Under the pieces are notes generated by a model. The model ran no database searches, was not told the origin of the DNA, and saw only the letters and a program-made list of their open reading frames with translations. DNA of 63,840 nt, counting the filler, from Welwitschia mirabilis (taxonomy: Eukaryota): assembly GCA_051453625.1 (NCBI GenBank). It is 5 parts of one record of this genome, joined end to end, with 100 filler letters (N's around TTAATTAATTAA, not from the genome) between each part and the next. Parts side by side here need not be neighbours in the genome. Positions count along the whole stretch, not along the records: positions 1 to 14,458 come from JBOZIK010000001.1; positions 14,559 to 30,633 come from JBOZIK010000001.1; 3 more parts are not named here. One strand, given 5' to 3'. Shown here piece after piece: positions 12,667-26,189 of this stretch (positions are counted from its first letter, which is position 1; each line of letters opens with the position of its first letter). The position numbers and the translations under genes are program-made.

Positions 12667-14301
12667 AGTCTTATTTTGACGAAAAAGTGTTTGCAACATT
12701 TTTTGATAATTATTTGGTATTACAATACGTGGTGATAAAATTTGGTAAGTCCCTATAATAGCACCGTACCCAGGAAATCTAAAATAATCATAAATTAATC
12801 TAATGTCTTGACTTCAGGTTGAATCTTGATCAGTTTTGGATCCTCTATTCCAAACTTACTTTAACACTTAGCATACTTTAGCTATTGGAAAAATAGATAT
12901 ATTACTTTTACTCAATTCTTTTCTTTAATATTAAACATGTGTGCACTAGGTAACTTAATATGAATTACACTTATCAAGCATGATAATAAGACTTATGCTA
13001 TAAATATCATTTCTTACATGATAATCATCCATCACTCTTCACCTGAGCTTAAGAATTCCTTTACTTAATCATCTTTTATTCTTTTTCATCTTTTCTCTAT
13101 TAACCTTATAACTTGTACTCCTTCTTCTTCTCCTTCTTCTATTACTATCTCTAGCATTAAGAAGGTAAAACATTATTTGTTTAACTTGTATTATACATAG
13201 ATAAATATGTGCATTAGCAGTGTAGAACCCTAGTTACCTTAAGTCTCTATTAGGTTTGAAAATGTAGTATAATAGTATTCTTATTATAATTACAAATCAA
13301 CTACTAAGGTTTTAAATACCTTAAATTTCTATATCATTGAGGCTGTTGATAAAGATCATTTTGGAAGCAATGTAATTCCCCTGAGTTTTGGTCCCATGAT
13401 CCATCACTTAGTAAGTGAGTAATTAAGGGTGAGAACTAAATAACTACATTGACAACTTAATTATGAAGGATTTAGCTTGTAATGTTTCTTTATGTTAGTT
13501 AGCTAGGTAGATGTAGATGCTTAAGAAAAGGATCAATCAACTTCAAGGCACAAACCCTATCCTTAGTCTTGTTGCATTAAGTTTTGATACAAAAATATAA
13601 AGAAGATAATATGGAATGCTAAATCTTATCGAAAATTTTAGTAAAACTACCCAAAGGAGATTAATATGCTATTAGAATTTCTAGGTGAGATGCATTTATT
13701 ACCCCCTAATGAGAATTCTATAAGGTCAACATCTATGACTACGCATTCTCATAGGAGAAACAAGTTTTTTAGTCATTTTAAGAATTGAGTTGCTGAGTTA
13801 GTGATTTATTTTCTTAGTGACTTGAGAAGTGGTTTTGTTGTTATTCTGCCACTGAATGTAATAAATTATTTTTCTTAATAAAACTTTTTATTTTTATTTA
13901 AAATGGAGTTATCTTATACTATTTTAGTTTATTATGGACATATCAATTCCATTAAAGGAAATTCAAAAAAAATAATTTATCAAATTATTAAAATAATGTG
14001 AAATGATTCTAAAACTTTGAAGAATTTCCTTAGCTTAAAAACAATTGAATGATGGTGCATGTTAGTGAATTGAAAATATTTGGATATACATTTCATCATA
14101 GACTAGATTTTTTTTTTTGTGGTTTCTTTTCTCTCTTGATCTTTTTTTTAAATAAGTTATGGTAGAGTTATAGTTTTGGTAACTAGCTATATCTTAGATA
14201 ACTCCTGGGCACAACCATTCCTTAAATTTTTATTTTTATAACTTAAATTAACTATAATGAGGAGAGTGCAACCACTGTCAGAGGAGTAAGGATCTATAAG
14301 A

Positions 14302-14387
14302 TACACACACACAGACACACATACGTGCACACGCGTGCACACACACACGCACGAACACGCACACGCACATGCACGCGCGCGCGCGCA

Positions 14388-14438
<51 letters not shown>

Positions 14439-14458
14439 ACACACACCCACACACACAC
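14302..14458. repeat. (CA)n/(CG)n/(CGCA)n compound microsatellite
   Basis: Directly visible; it ends the scaffold. Confidence 0.97.
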
Positions 14459-14558
14459 NNNNNNNNNNNNNNNNNNNNNNNNNNNNNNNNNNNNNNNNNN
14501 NNTTAATTAATTAANNNNNNNNNNNNNNNNNNNNNNNNNNNNNNNNNNNNNNNNNNNN
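14459..14558. other. Artificial scaffold-joining linker
   Basis: 44 N + TTAATTAATTAA (stops in all six frames) + 44 N. Confidence 0.97.
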
Positions 14559-15379
14559 TTTTTTCCAATTTTTCATAAGTTTCATAGGCCATAATATTTA
14601 TACTTACTATATAAATGCTTCTACTTTGAGTTTTCCATCAGTGTTGACATCTATCATAGGTGTTCTAGGATCATTATACCTTTCATGTTTTTTATTTTGA
14701 AGAACTTGTATGGAATATTAAGAACCTTGATCCTTTCTTATCATTTCAATTTGTTTTTCTTTCTTTCTTTTTTTCCACTCTTTTGTTTTGAACACATGCT
14801 TTTCATTTGTTTCCAATGCTTAAGCATGTCTTTTAATAACTTTAAAAGCNNNNNNNNNNNNNNNNNNNNNNNNNNNNNNNNNNNNNNNNNNNNNNNNTCT
14901 TTTTTAACTTTTGGATGTTCTATTTATTTACTTCTCATTGGAAAAAGTAAATAATCTACTGAGGCATCGTCCATTATTTTTCTCTCAATCTCTTTTTCTT
15001 ATTTATTTGGGGACTTTCTTGAATTTATATTCTTTCTTTATGATTCATATATCATTTTTGTTTCCCAGATCTAGTAGTTATGTCTTACTTATTACTTCTC
15101 TAGGATTCAGTTGAGGTTAAGTAGGGATTTTTCCGTCTTTTTTTTTCCAGTTTTGATTTTTCTCTTTAGTCCTTTAAATATCTATCTTTTTTTTAATTAC
15201 TATAGTAATCATATTGTTCTTGCCTTTTTGAATTTACATACCTTTGTAAAGGCCTTTTTAATTTACCTTTTCATTTTCTACTTTGATAAGGATATGATTT
15301 CTTTGTAGTTTAGGGTTAATTTCAAAATTAAATCTAATCTATTTATATCTAATCATTGAAAAAATTCTTATGTCTAAGA

Positions 15380-16165
15380 ACATTCTATTCCATCATGATT
15401 ATTTTCCCCACAGTATTCACATGTAGGTCCTTCTCCTTCCTAAAATGTTGTACAGCTAACTGATCAATTTTTTCTACTAGTTATTACTTACTTTTTTAGC
15501 CACTTCTTCCATTAGACTAATATGTTTTGAGATATATACACTACCATCTGCTTCTGGGTACAAACTTCATTTATCTTTTTCTTCTTTTTGTATTTTTGTC
15601 CTCATCCTTAACTCATGTTATAAAACTGAGTTATGGCTTCTTCTACTTCTTGGACATTATTTGTTTTGATACTTTCTTTACATAACAGATCTAATTCTTT
15701 TAATGTTTGATTCTGCAATTTCCTAAGTAAGGCCCTAATTCATTCCTTAAATGTGATTCCATGATTAGGACATTTAGCTAACAATATGTTATACTATCCA
15801 TGAACTCATTAAATCTTTTATTATCTCTTTATTTAATGTCTAATATTTGTTTCCTTAGATCTTCAACCATTCTTATGAGTTAGGAAAGAATTTTTAAGAG
15901 TTTCCCATGAACTAAAAGTATAATTAGGAGTCCTATGATATCATAATTAATAATATCCTTTTAAGAGAAAATAAAAATATCTCAAAAAGTCTAATTCTGA
16001 GTTAAGATAGTTGGCTTTACAAAAGGCATCAAACAAGCTTAGATGTAATAGGGGTTTTTCTGACTTTTTACCTTCAAAAGTGGGTATCGTGGTAGTATTA
16101 TGCATATTACTTTGTCTAGTTGCTGCAAGGCTGTAGGATTGATAGGACGTAAATCTTCTAACCAA
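15380..16165 (-). pseudogene. Ty3/gypsy (Tat-like) gag with CCHC zinc knuckle
   Basis: IPTFEGKKSEKPLLHLSLFDAFCKANYLNSELDFLRYFYFLLKGYY*L*YHRTPNYTFSSWETLKNSFL fits the Retrotrans_gag pattern. CEYCGENNHDGIEC (CX2CX4HX4C) is at 15380-15421. Confidence 0.85.
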
Positions 16166-16547
16166 TGGGTATAATGATTTAATGGTCTTGAATCTCCATC
16201 ATCTTTCCCATAGCATCCTGTTACAACTTTCGTTTTAGGCCTTTTTACCTCAATTATTTGAGAAGATTCTTCTTATGAGTGAGGTGATGCAAGAATGTTA
16301 CACAATTGTTGCTCAAATTCATTCATCAATTTGAAAAATATTTGTTCCTTTACCACTTTTCCAAGGGTGACTTCATCCTATATAAAATCTTCTTCTTCCA
16401 CCTTTATTTTAACATCATTTTTAGTTGGCTCATGTAGACCATATTTATGTGGGTCTCTAACATACCTGCCTCTTCCATCCTACTATTTTCCTTGACTATC
16501 TTGTTGGATCATAGTTTTCGTCATCTCCACTAGTTGACTTTAGAGCA

Positions 16548-16757
16548 ACTCTCCTTCTAATGCCAAAATGATGGGTGCTTATATGGTGCAATAAGTGCAA
16601 AAAAAATCATAAAATAATAATAAATAATATAAAATAATACTTAAAAAATGTATAAACTATGTTGTTGTTAACCTAAAATAAGCTCATACTATTAAATAAA
16701 AATAACCAAAGGCTTACTAAAGAACTAGTTGAGATTCAACCATTTAGTTCAAAATGC
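16548..16757 (-). mobile_element. tRNA-Asn-type PBS (16548-16565) and 3' end of a Tat-like LTR (from 16569)
   Basis: Reverse complement tggcattagaaggagagt resembles TGGCGCTAGAAGGAGGGC. The adjacent LTR end matches 17349 onward and 7213 onward. Confidence 0.75.
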
Positions 16758-17327
16758 NNNNNNNNNNNNNNNNNNNNNNNNNNNNNNNNNNNNNNNNNNN
16801 NNNNNNNNNNNNNNNNNNNNNNNNNNNNNNNNNNNNNNNNNNNNNNNNNNNNNNNNNTCATGGTAGTATTTATATTTATTACTTTATCTACTTTTTATAA
16901 AGTTGTAGGATTAATAGAACTTAAATCTTCTAACTAATGGGTATCATGATTTAATGGTCTTAAATATCCATCACGTTTCTAATAGCATCTTGTTATAACT
17001 TTCTTTTTAGGTTCTTTTACCTAAATTATGTAAGAATATTCTCTTTGTGAGTGGAGTAATACAAGAAGGTTATGGAATTATTACTCAAATTCAATCATCA
17101 ATTCAAGAAAATTTTTTCCTTTTACCACCTTTCCAAGAATGACTTCATCCTCTATAAAATATTCTTTTTCAACCTATATTTTAACATTATTTCCAATCTG
17201 CTCATCTAGGTCATATTTATATGGGTATTTAACATATTTAACTCTTTCATCTTGCCATTTTCCTTGGCTACCCTGTTGGATTTTTTTTCTTTTTTTTTTG
17301 TCATTTCTACTAGTTGAATTTAAAGTG

Positions 17328-18314
17328 GCCCTTATTCTAGCACCAAAATGATGGGTGCTTATATGATGAAATAAGTAGATTAAGTATCATAAAATAATAT
17401 TAAATAATATAAAATAATATTAGAAATATACAAAAATTGTGCTACTATTAACCTAAGATAAGATCACACCATTAAATAAAAATAACCAAAGCCTTATTAA
17501 AGAACTAGTTGAGACTTAACTGTTTTGTTTAAAATTCATTATCATGATAGTCTCATCATGAAGTAACTTGAACTAGTCAAGTTGGTTTATTACTCCTAAG
17601 TTATAATAGACATATATTATACTAGGAAGAATGAATAAAGTAAGAAAAAAAGATAGAAATTAAATAAGTTACTAGACAATACTTATTTCTAAGTATTGTG
17701 ACTTATCCTAGTTTATTTTTAGCCACATAAATAGGAGAAAGTAGAGATAATATTACTTTTCAAGTAATAGAATATGCATATAATGATACTTTAGAGATAA
17801 TATTACTTTTCAAATATTCTTTTTAGCTTTATATTGAAATATCAATTATTACATAAATATGCACTAAGGTTTATATTATTTTTTATAGGTAACACTTTAG
17901 AGTATGGAAAACGCTATTATGCCCTTCACAAAATATCTAGAACTTCCTTTCTTAACCTTCTTACTTAGTAAATTTTTAAAACATTTTGCCAAAAAAAATC
18001 CTATCTTTGGTGTTGATCCTATTCTTATACCCTTATTTATTTTTTTGTTTCCATTCTTTGGTATATGATTGGGATTTGTTACCACTTCTTCATTACCTCA
18101 ACCTTCTCCTTTATCTTCATGCCACATGGCATCTTATACCTTAAACACAATAATAAAATATACATACTAACCTACTAACATACTAACTAACTAACCTATT
18201 AATTAATAAGTATACTAATAAAGAAAAACATATCTTGTTATTTAAAATGCATAATGAAGATAATGAAAATACTTCATTAATAATTGAGATTTATATTATA
18301 ATTTATCCTCATTA
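17328..18314 (-). mobile_element. tRNA-Asn-type PBS (17328-17345) and complete approx. 966-bp Tat-like 5' LTR (17349-18314)
   Basis: PBS reverse complement tggtgctagaataagggc. Minus-strand LTR runs TAATGAGG...CCCATCA and is homologous to 7213-8650. Confidence 0.8.
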
Positions 18315-19269
18315 GACACGCTCTTTACTTTTATGCTAATTAAGTACTACTACGTTTTTCCCATCACTTTTTTTCTTCTTTAATATTTTTACCTTATAGA
18401 AACAATGGAACCTAAGCCCAAATTTTACTTATTCATTTATTAAAATTTATATATTCTAAGATAGTTAAATCATATTAATATTATATATTTATCTATAATT
18501 AATTTTTAAATTATTTTAATTTACAAATAATAGCGATGTCATAAGTTTCTGTCCTCCATTTCTTCCTAGTTTTTAATCACATAAAAGATATGTTATGAAT
18601 AGTTGAGGAGATGTAAACTTGTTGTCAACATATATAAATAAGTTTTAAGGATAAAACCTAACTAATATAATNNNNNNNNNNNNNNNNNNNNNNNNNNNNN
18701 NNNNNNNNNNNNNNNNNNNNNNNNNNNNNNNNNNNNNNNNNNNNNNNNNNNNNNNNNNNNNNNNNNNNNNNNNNNNNNNNNNNNNNNNNNNNNNNNNNNN
18801 NNNNNNNNNNNNNNNNNNNNNNNNNNNNNNNNNNNNNNNNNNNNNNNNNNNNNNNNNNNNNNNNNNNNNNNNNNNNNNNNNNNNNNNNNNNNNNNNNNNN
18901 NNNNNNNNNNNNNNNNNNNNNNNNNNNNNNNNNNNNNNNNNNNNNNNNNNNNNNNNNNNNNNNNNNNNNNNNNNNNNNNNNNNNNNNNNNNNNNNNNNNN
19001 NNNNNNNNNNNNNNNNNNNNNNNNNNNNNNNNNNNNNNNNNNNNNNNNNNNNNNNNNNNNNNNNNNNNNNNNNNNNNNNNNNNNNNNNNNNNNNNNNNNN
19101 NNNNNNNNNNNNNNNNNNNNNNNNNNNNNNNAAGAACATTTCTCTCTTTTAAGATTATAATAATAAAATTTCAAATCAATGAAATATTCTTTTATTTTCT
19201 ATCTAAATAAAATAAATATTATTTTCTTTTTATTTTAATAATAATAGTAAAAAATATAAAATAGTATAC

Positions 19270-20220
19270 TTAAAACATACCTGGAGCTATGCCAATCCTA
19301 GAAACATTTTTCCATGCTTATATGATCATCTCCATGGATTGGTGCAAAGAAGGTAGACAAAAGAAAGTATAGGTCAAGAATAATTTTTAAGATATAAGTA
19401 TTTATTCAATATTCCATATTGCTACATTATAAGTCAATAAAAATGAGTGATAAGCTAGAGATTACTTATGTTACTTAAACTACTAAGGTGAAAATTCTCA
19501 CAAGCATGCACATTCAAAGTAAGCTAAAGAAAAAGGGTAAAAGAGGTATATCTATAAACAAATATCACTTATAGGTAATTTAACTTAAATCGATTAATAT
19601 AAACATATTTTACATACTTAATTTTTAAATAAAATTTTGTTTAAATACTTTTTTATAAATTTTAAACATTAATTATAATATTTTTGAGCTTTAAGGAGAC
19701 ATTATAGTCAAAATTTAATAATTANNNNNNNNNNNNNNNNNNNNNNNNNNNNNNNNNNNNNNNNNNNNNNNNNNNNNNNNNNNNNNNNNNNNNNACATTG
19801 TTTCATGCTTATATGACAATCTCAATGGATTGATGCAAAGAAGGTAAACCAAAAAAAAGTATAGCTGAAGCATAATTGTTAAAAATAGATCTTTATCTAA
19901 TATGCTATATTATAACTCAAATAAAATTAAAAAAAAAAATAATAAGCTAAAGACCACTTATATCACTTGAACTACTAAGGTAAAAACTCTTACAAGCATG
20001 CACATTCAAACTAAGTTAAAGAAAAAGGGTCAAAGAGGTATTTTTATAAATAAATATCACTTATAATAATTTACCTTAAATTTACTGATAGAAATATATT
20101 TTATACACTTAATTCTTATAAAATAAATCCAGGTAATAATTTTCTATAATTTATAACATTAATTATAACATTTTTAGGCTCTAAGGAAATATCATAGTTA
20201 AAAAGTTAATGATTAATTAA
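19270..20220. repeat. Diverged direct duplication (about 450 bp) on either side of a gap
   Basis: catgcttatatga...ctc.atggattg.tgcaaagaaggta...caagcatgcacattcaaa occurs at about 19310-19724 and 19795-20220. Confidence 0.85.
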
Positions 20221-22267
20221 TTATAAAGGAAAAAAATAAATTATAGTAGCTTTTTGGAAAGTAGACACATAATGCGATTCTTAAATATAACTTGATTATC
20301 TTGGAATTTTAGGAATACTATTTCTAATGTTATTATTTAAGGCTAAAAACTATTAATTTTTCTTAAATTACAATCCTACCACACTATGCTAAAATAATCA
20401 TAAATTTCAAACTACTTTGTGTTTTTAAATAATTCAAGATGTTTTGAAATGCTTATTTAATTTTTTATAACCTAGGGGGCTCAAGTTTTCAGATATGTTA
20501 ATAGATTTGTATAGAAACATAAATTACTTGCATACTATTTTTTGCATTTATTATTTAATGTATTTTGACAAATTTTTATAAATAATACCCATTCGAAAAA
20601 TTATTGTTTATACATTTACACATTAATAACATAATATTAGACTTACATAAATAAATTAACTAATTTATACCTACTAATTAATAAGATACAATGTTCTTAT
20701 CATATACCTTTATTCTAGAAATCTAATTTTTTCCATAGCAAAAATACGATAAAGTTTTACAAACTGTTAAAGAATAACTTAGGTTATTAAAATAATGGGT
20801 ATACTAATCAATTACTTATAAAAATAAAAATCAATTATAGGGAAAAAATCATTATAAAAAGAAAAATAAAATCAATTAGAAAATCATTTACTATAAGCCT
20901 TGAGATTTTCCATGGAAGAGTACTAGCCTAAAGAGATTTTTGAGGACCAGAATTTGCCCCTAATAAGATGGTCCTAATTCATAATAGATTTAAAAAATAT
21001 AATATTAAAATAAACATGGATACCCAACTTTTTTTTAAATAGTAAACCCCCTAGTCACTTAGCCATAATCATCCATTAGTAATCCTCCATCACAAAGCAC
21101 AAGAGACCTCTTATATCTTACTATAATATCTTGGTGGAATCCAATGGGAGGGAATAATATTTTTTAACATAATTTCATAAAAGTCATAAATAATTTTCTA
21201 ATAAAATATCACATCATTTCAATAAAAAAAAAATCATATAGACAATATGAGTAGGGATCTTAGTTTGAAAAATTAGTAAGACCTTGATAGTTGAAGATTA
21301 ATGAAGATCTAAGCTCACAAATTCCTTAGCTTCAAGTTTTCAAGCTTTAAANNNNNNNNNNGAGAGAGATAAGAGTGGGAGAGGAAAGAATAAATGCACA
21401 TGTATGAAATAAAAGGAAAGTATCTCCTTTAACAAGAAAGGAAAGGATCTCTATATATAGATAAACAAAGGCACATAGCTTAATATCACAAGATCACATA
21501 ATTTAGTATTGATAAGTGAGATGATTAATAAGTAACATTAGAGTACATAAATAGATCATATTTATAACTCATGCACCTCACTGGCATGAGTAATCTTCTT
21601 GCTTTAATTAGTAAGGTTAATTACATGCATCATTTTATCATGCTAGCTATTTTTAATCCTTTGTAGACTCATAAGTAAGTTTAATTTATCCAAGACATGC
21701 ATCAAAAAATAAATGTACAAATCTCAAAATTTTCATATGGTATAATAAACAAATTATTCAATTTCAATGAACAAAACAATAAGTATGATATGAACCAAGT
21801 GCCCTTACAGATCTCAAGAACATAAAAGTAATGGTAAAGTAAATATACTCATTTATCATTCCTAGTTTTAGATAAGAGTACATGTACTTGTTCAGATGCT
21901 CATTTATTTCAAAATGCATAAAATCTATTAATCCCTTAACAAAAGGAATAAAATATTTATTCATAATATAGTACACCTATCACATTTACCAAGAATTTAA
22001 ATGAGTAAATAAATTGCAAAATCTATTATTATGTCCTCTTGAAACTTTTAATTTATTAGTTTTATCATGTAATTTTGATTCTTTACATAATATGATTATG
22101 TAATTTTAAAGGTTTAAATAGACTTTCTCATAAAACCTTTTAACATATTTTTTATTATTTTCATGGTAAATTATAATAATTACAAACTAAGTTAAATTTT
22201 AAAATGACATCTTATTTTGATATAAAATTAAAATAAGAATAATTAATCATTGGACTGAAAGCTTCAT

Positions 22268-24377
22268 TGTCACATCCATATTTTTACTTTTCTTATAAAA
22301 TTTGTCAAAAATTTATGTTTAATGAAGTATTTAAAAAATATTGACTTATTTAAAATCTCCAGTTGTTATAAATCCTATGTTCTTGAAATGCAGTCTTATT
22401 TACAATTTTCAAATGCTCTTGTGGTGGAAATGATTTCTTCTATTTGCTTATGAAATTTTTAGAAATTATGCTGAATTAAATGTATATTGTGAAGACATGT
22501 TATTTATTTTCTTTTCTAATTATTAAATGTGAAGCATTATCTTTATTATATTATTAAAAGCACCCAGTGGTCAGGCAATCTTTTATGAAACATTATGTGA
22601 TCCCCCTCTTAACCATCGCTTCATGTTGTATCTTTTCATATTCTTGAGTTTCATCATCTTACTCATGTTCTCTCATTTTAAATAGAGTCCATCCTTTCTC
22701 AATTCTAGTTTTATATTTTCAAAACAATTTTGCCATGAAATCTTAGAAGCTTAGGAGGCTTAGGAGCTCTGAAATACTTGGAATGTCTTTAATAGTAAAC
22801 TTGCAAATATGGTTCTTTACCTTTGTGCTTCCTTCTTGGTCCTTTCTTATGCATTTTATATTTAATATCATTATGGTTATGTTTGAGATATTCTTTTGAA
22901 TTTCCTTGATGGTATTTCCTTATGCATTTATTTATTGAGATTGATGCATATGTATTCCTGTAAGTCAGTTGATAAATCATATGTTGCTTAAATAAGAAAA
23001 ACTCTGTGTTAATACATATCTCATTTTTATTTACCTTTCCTCAATATCTTAAAGTTATCTTGTTGTATAATATGAAAATTCATGATTAAGTCATATTATA
23101 CTCATCTTATCATTTATCTTTTAAGTCTTGTTGAGGTGTTATGTCATGGTCAACTTCTCTTAACTTCATGATATCATCTTGTTAGACTTATGGTTATGGA
23201 TTTTCCATAAATTTCCAAATGAGGTAGTGAAATTCACAGATCACCAAATGAAGTAGTGAAGAGAAAATCCCATAGATCACCGAAATAGGTAGTGGGGATA
23301 TTATATTATCATAGATTATCAGATGAGGCAGTGAACCTCACAGATCACCAAACAAGGTCATGAAGTTAATGATGATTGAGATTATATATACTATATTTAA
23401 TATTCTCGTTCATATCATGAGCTCATTATTAATGTTATATCTTAAATTTCTTGAAGTCTTAAATTGTCTTTTCTATCTTAATCCTTAAAGAATCTTACCA
23501 AAATAACTATTCTTACTTGGGCCATACTCGGGGTTGTAAGATTTTCATAATCCTCATCCCATATTCTTTTGTGATAGGTAGTAAATTTGGAGTCTAATTG
23601 CTAAGATGGAATGAGTTCATGAAGGATTTTTGAATCTATATTGGTGAAAAAAAACTTTTAATTAATTGTATCTCTTTTTGTCTNNNNNNNNNNNNNNNNN
23701 NNNNNNNNNNNNNNNNNNNNNNNNNNNNNNNNNNNNNNNNNNNNNNNNNNNNNNNNNNNNNNNNNNNNNNNNNNNNNNNNNNNATTGCTAAGTTGGAATG
23801 AGGTCATGAAGTATTTTTGAATCTATATTGGTGAAATAATACTTTTAATTAATTGTATCTCTTTTTGTCTATTAGAGTTAAATACCTAAATACATGAACA
23901 TTTAATGTGTTACTTATTATTGTGATGATAAAAATACTCTACTTATTCATAAGTATATGGATTGAATTTTTATATGTAATAATGATTTTCCTTCTTGAAA
24001 TAAAATTTGTTTATTGGAGGTCATATTTTCTAGTTCTTACCTGATGAAATTTATTAAAACTTGAATCTTTGCCTATGTTTTTATGAAATATTTTATTAAA
24101 TATTGAATGGAAAAATTATGGATTCTTTAGAATCTTCTTAAAATAAAATTAAATTTATGCATTATTATTATATTGTAATTGAAAAATTTTATTGGACAGC
24201 TTTGGTAAGATTTTGTGATAAGTTGATGTTTTCTTGAGTCTATCAGAAGTTTTGTAATGTATCTTTGATAAAATTTCTTTTTATATGAATAAGAGACTTT
24301 CTCTTCTTCCCAAAAGAATTTAAATCCTAAGAAAAACAAGATATATTTTCTCTTGAAATTAATTAAGGGATGTTTCA
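22268..24377 (+). mobile_element. Tekay/Del-like LTR (about 2.1 kb) with internal minisatellite
   Basis: Termini TGTCACATCC...GGGATGTTTCA; colinear with 37336-39297. Tandem 27-37-bp units (gtagtgaa...cagatcaccaaatgag) at about 23200-23360. No clean TSD. Confidence 0.75.
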
Positions 24378-24396
24378 CTTCTAATTTTTAGTTATT

Positions 24397-25480
24397 TGAT
24401 GGGGTTTTATGAGTTGTTTTATGGCACTTTTATATAGGTTTAGGTGGAATTGTGAGGATTTTGGAGATACAAGAGGAAATCACAAAAAAGTGTGATTCTT
24501 ATCCATATTTGATGAAATAAAGGAACTTTTTGATGCATAGAGCTTTAAAAAAGGATTATTGGAAAAAATGCTAAAGTTCTCTTCAAGAAAATGATTATAA
24601 AAGACTATTGTCCCCTTCATCATCCCCACAATAGATAGGACGAGGACATAAGTACATGCTAACATGGACTACTGAGTCATCATTTTGAATCATTTATTGA
24701 AATGAGCTGTTGTTTCCATTATCATATAGATGATAGTCTGGACAACACTGATATGTAACCAACTCTGATAGTAATCTGTAACCATTTCATCCATTTCTAA
24801 GTTGTAAATAAGCATGTCTTTCTACATCTATCATTTGTTCTTTTCTTCTATGAGTTGTTATAAATAAACACTTCTTTGACTCTCCTTCTCATCTTTGTTG
24901 CATCAAAAATTCTCATAATAGGAGATTAAAGGATGGGAGATCCATCTTGAATATTGTATAAAAACATGTACTTAATGAAGGTTTGTGTATCCTCCATTGA
25001 GACCCGACTGTATTATAACCAATATGCTTGTTACTTTTTAATATAAAAAACTTGTTTTGTTTTATTTTCATATTTTTATATTAGTTTCTTTGATGATCCT
25101 TATAGTCTATACTACCCTTAGTCTAGTGATAATTTCTTGGATGATATAGATTATTAAGAATAACCTTTGTTGAGGATGAAAGCAAGTAGTATTTAGATCA
25201 TTTGCATTTCATCTAGATTAGTTACACTTTGCATTTTCGTTGCATTCCTTTATTTTTTTTGCATTTATTATTTATTTCTAGTTCATATATTCTTTTATAA
25301 AGCAACCTAAGTCTCATCTCATGGAATTTAATATGAATATAACATTTCGAATCTACTTCCACTCATACTAGTATGATATATTATATAAGATATTTATTTT
25401 GGTTATAAATGATAGGATCTCTTTGAATGTAAAGACTTGCACAAATACACATTGCAACATCTTATCACCATTTTTAGAGA
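24397..25480 (+). mobile_element. Athila-like 5' LTR (24397-25459) and degenerate tRNA-Asp PBS (25463-25480)
   Basis: TGATGGGG...CAACA termini, a PBS-like tatcaccatttttagaga, and Athila-type gag and protease downstream. Confidence 0.75.
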
Positions 25481-26189
25481 AGTTTATTGAGGAGTATAAG
25501 TTGTAATCATTCGGATGAGTATATCAGATCTTTGTTTGGTTATTTGTCTATGTGGTGTTATATTTTATTAAAGGCTATAGGTTTTCTATGTGAAATTCTT
25601 TAGTTTTAGTTTTTTAGTTTTAGTTTTTTGTAAAAATTTCTAGTCATCTCCTCTATCGTCCCTATGACAGTTAGGACAACAATATTACTTTTAGTTTTAT
25701 TTTTGAATTTTGATTTTTTTAAACTAAATTAGTTTCTGTTGTCTTCTGTGATGCCCAAATAACCAAGAGGATGACAGCCCTATTTTTTTGTGTTTTCCAC
25801 TTCCTATTTCAGTATATATTCTATTTTTGTTTTTTTGGTTTCTATGTGTATCATTCCTTTTGTTATCCACATGATAAATAGGACAACGACCTATTATTTT
25901 TTATCTATTTTTTGTTATTTTCTATTTGCAAGATGCTATGATATGGTCAACATAAAGAAGATATGAGAGAATAGAAAAGCACATCAAAGAAGGATTGATG
26001 GATATATAAAACAAATTAGAAAAGTGATTTCTAGGTGCACTTAAACCTCCTTTCAATTTTATTTTTTCTGAGTTAGATTTTCTTCATAAAAATCCTATAG
26101 AAGAAGAGAACCAAGTCAAGTACCTTCTATAAGGGAATTATTAGCAAATAAGAAAAGAGAAAGTCAAACACCTTTTAACCGACCCCTAG

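Noticed and set aside
14187..14510. CV-repeat and HT-repeat ORFs
   Set aside because: Translations of a microsatellite.
7213..18314. Apparent full-length Tat element between homologous LTRs
   Set aside because: An artificial linker at 14459-14558 separates them, so they are on different scaffolds.
23597..23870. About 87-bp duplication either side of a 100-N gap
   Set aside because: Typical contig-overlap or haplotype artefact at a gap; the sister LTR at 38699 has a single copy.
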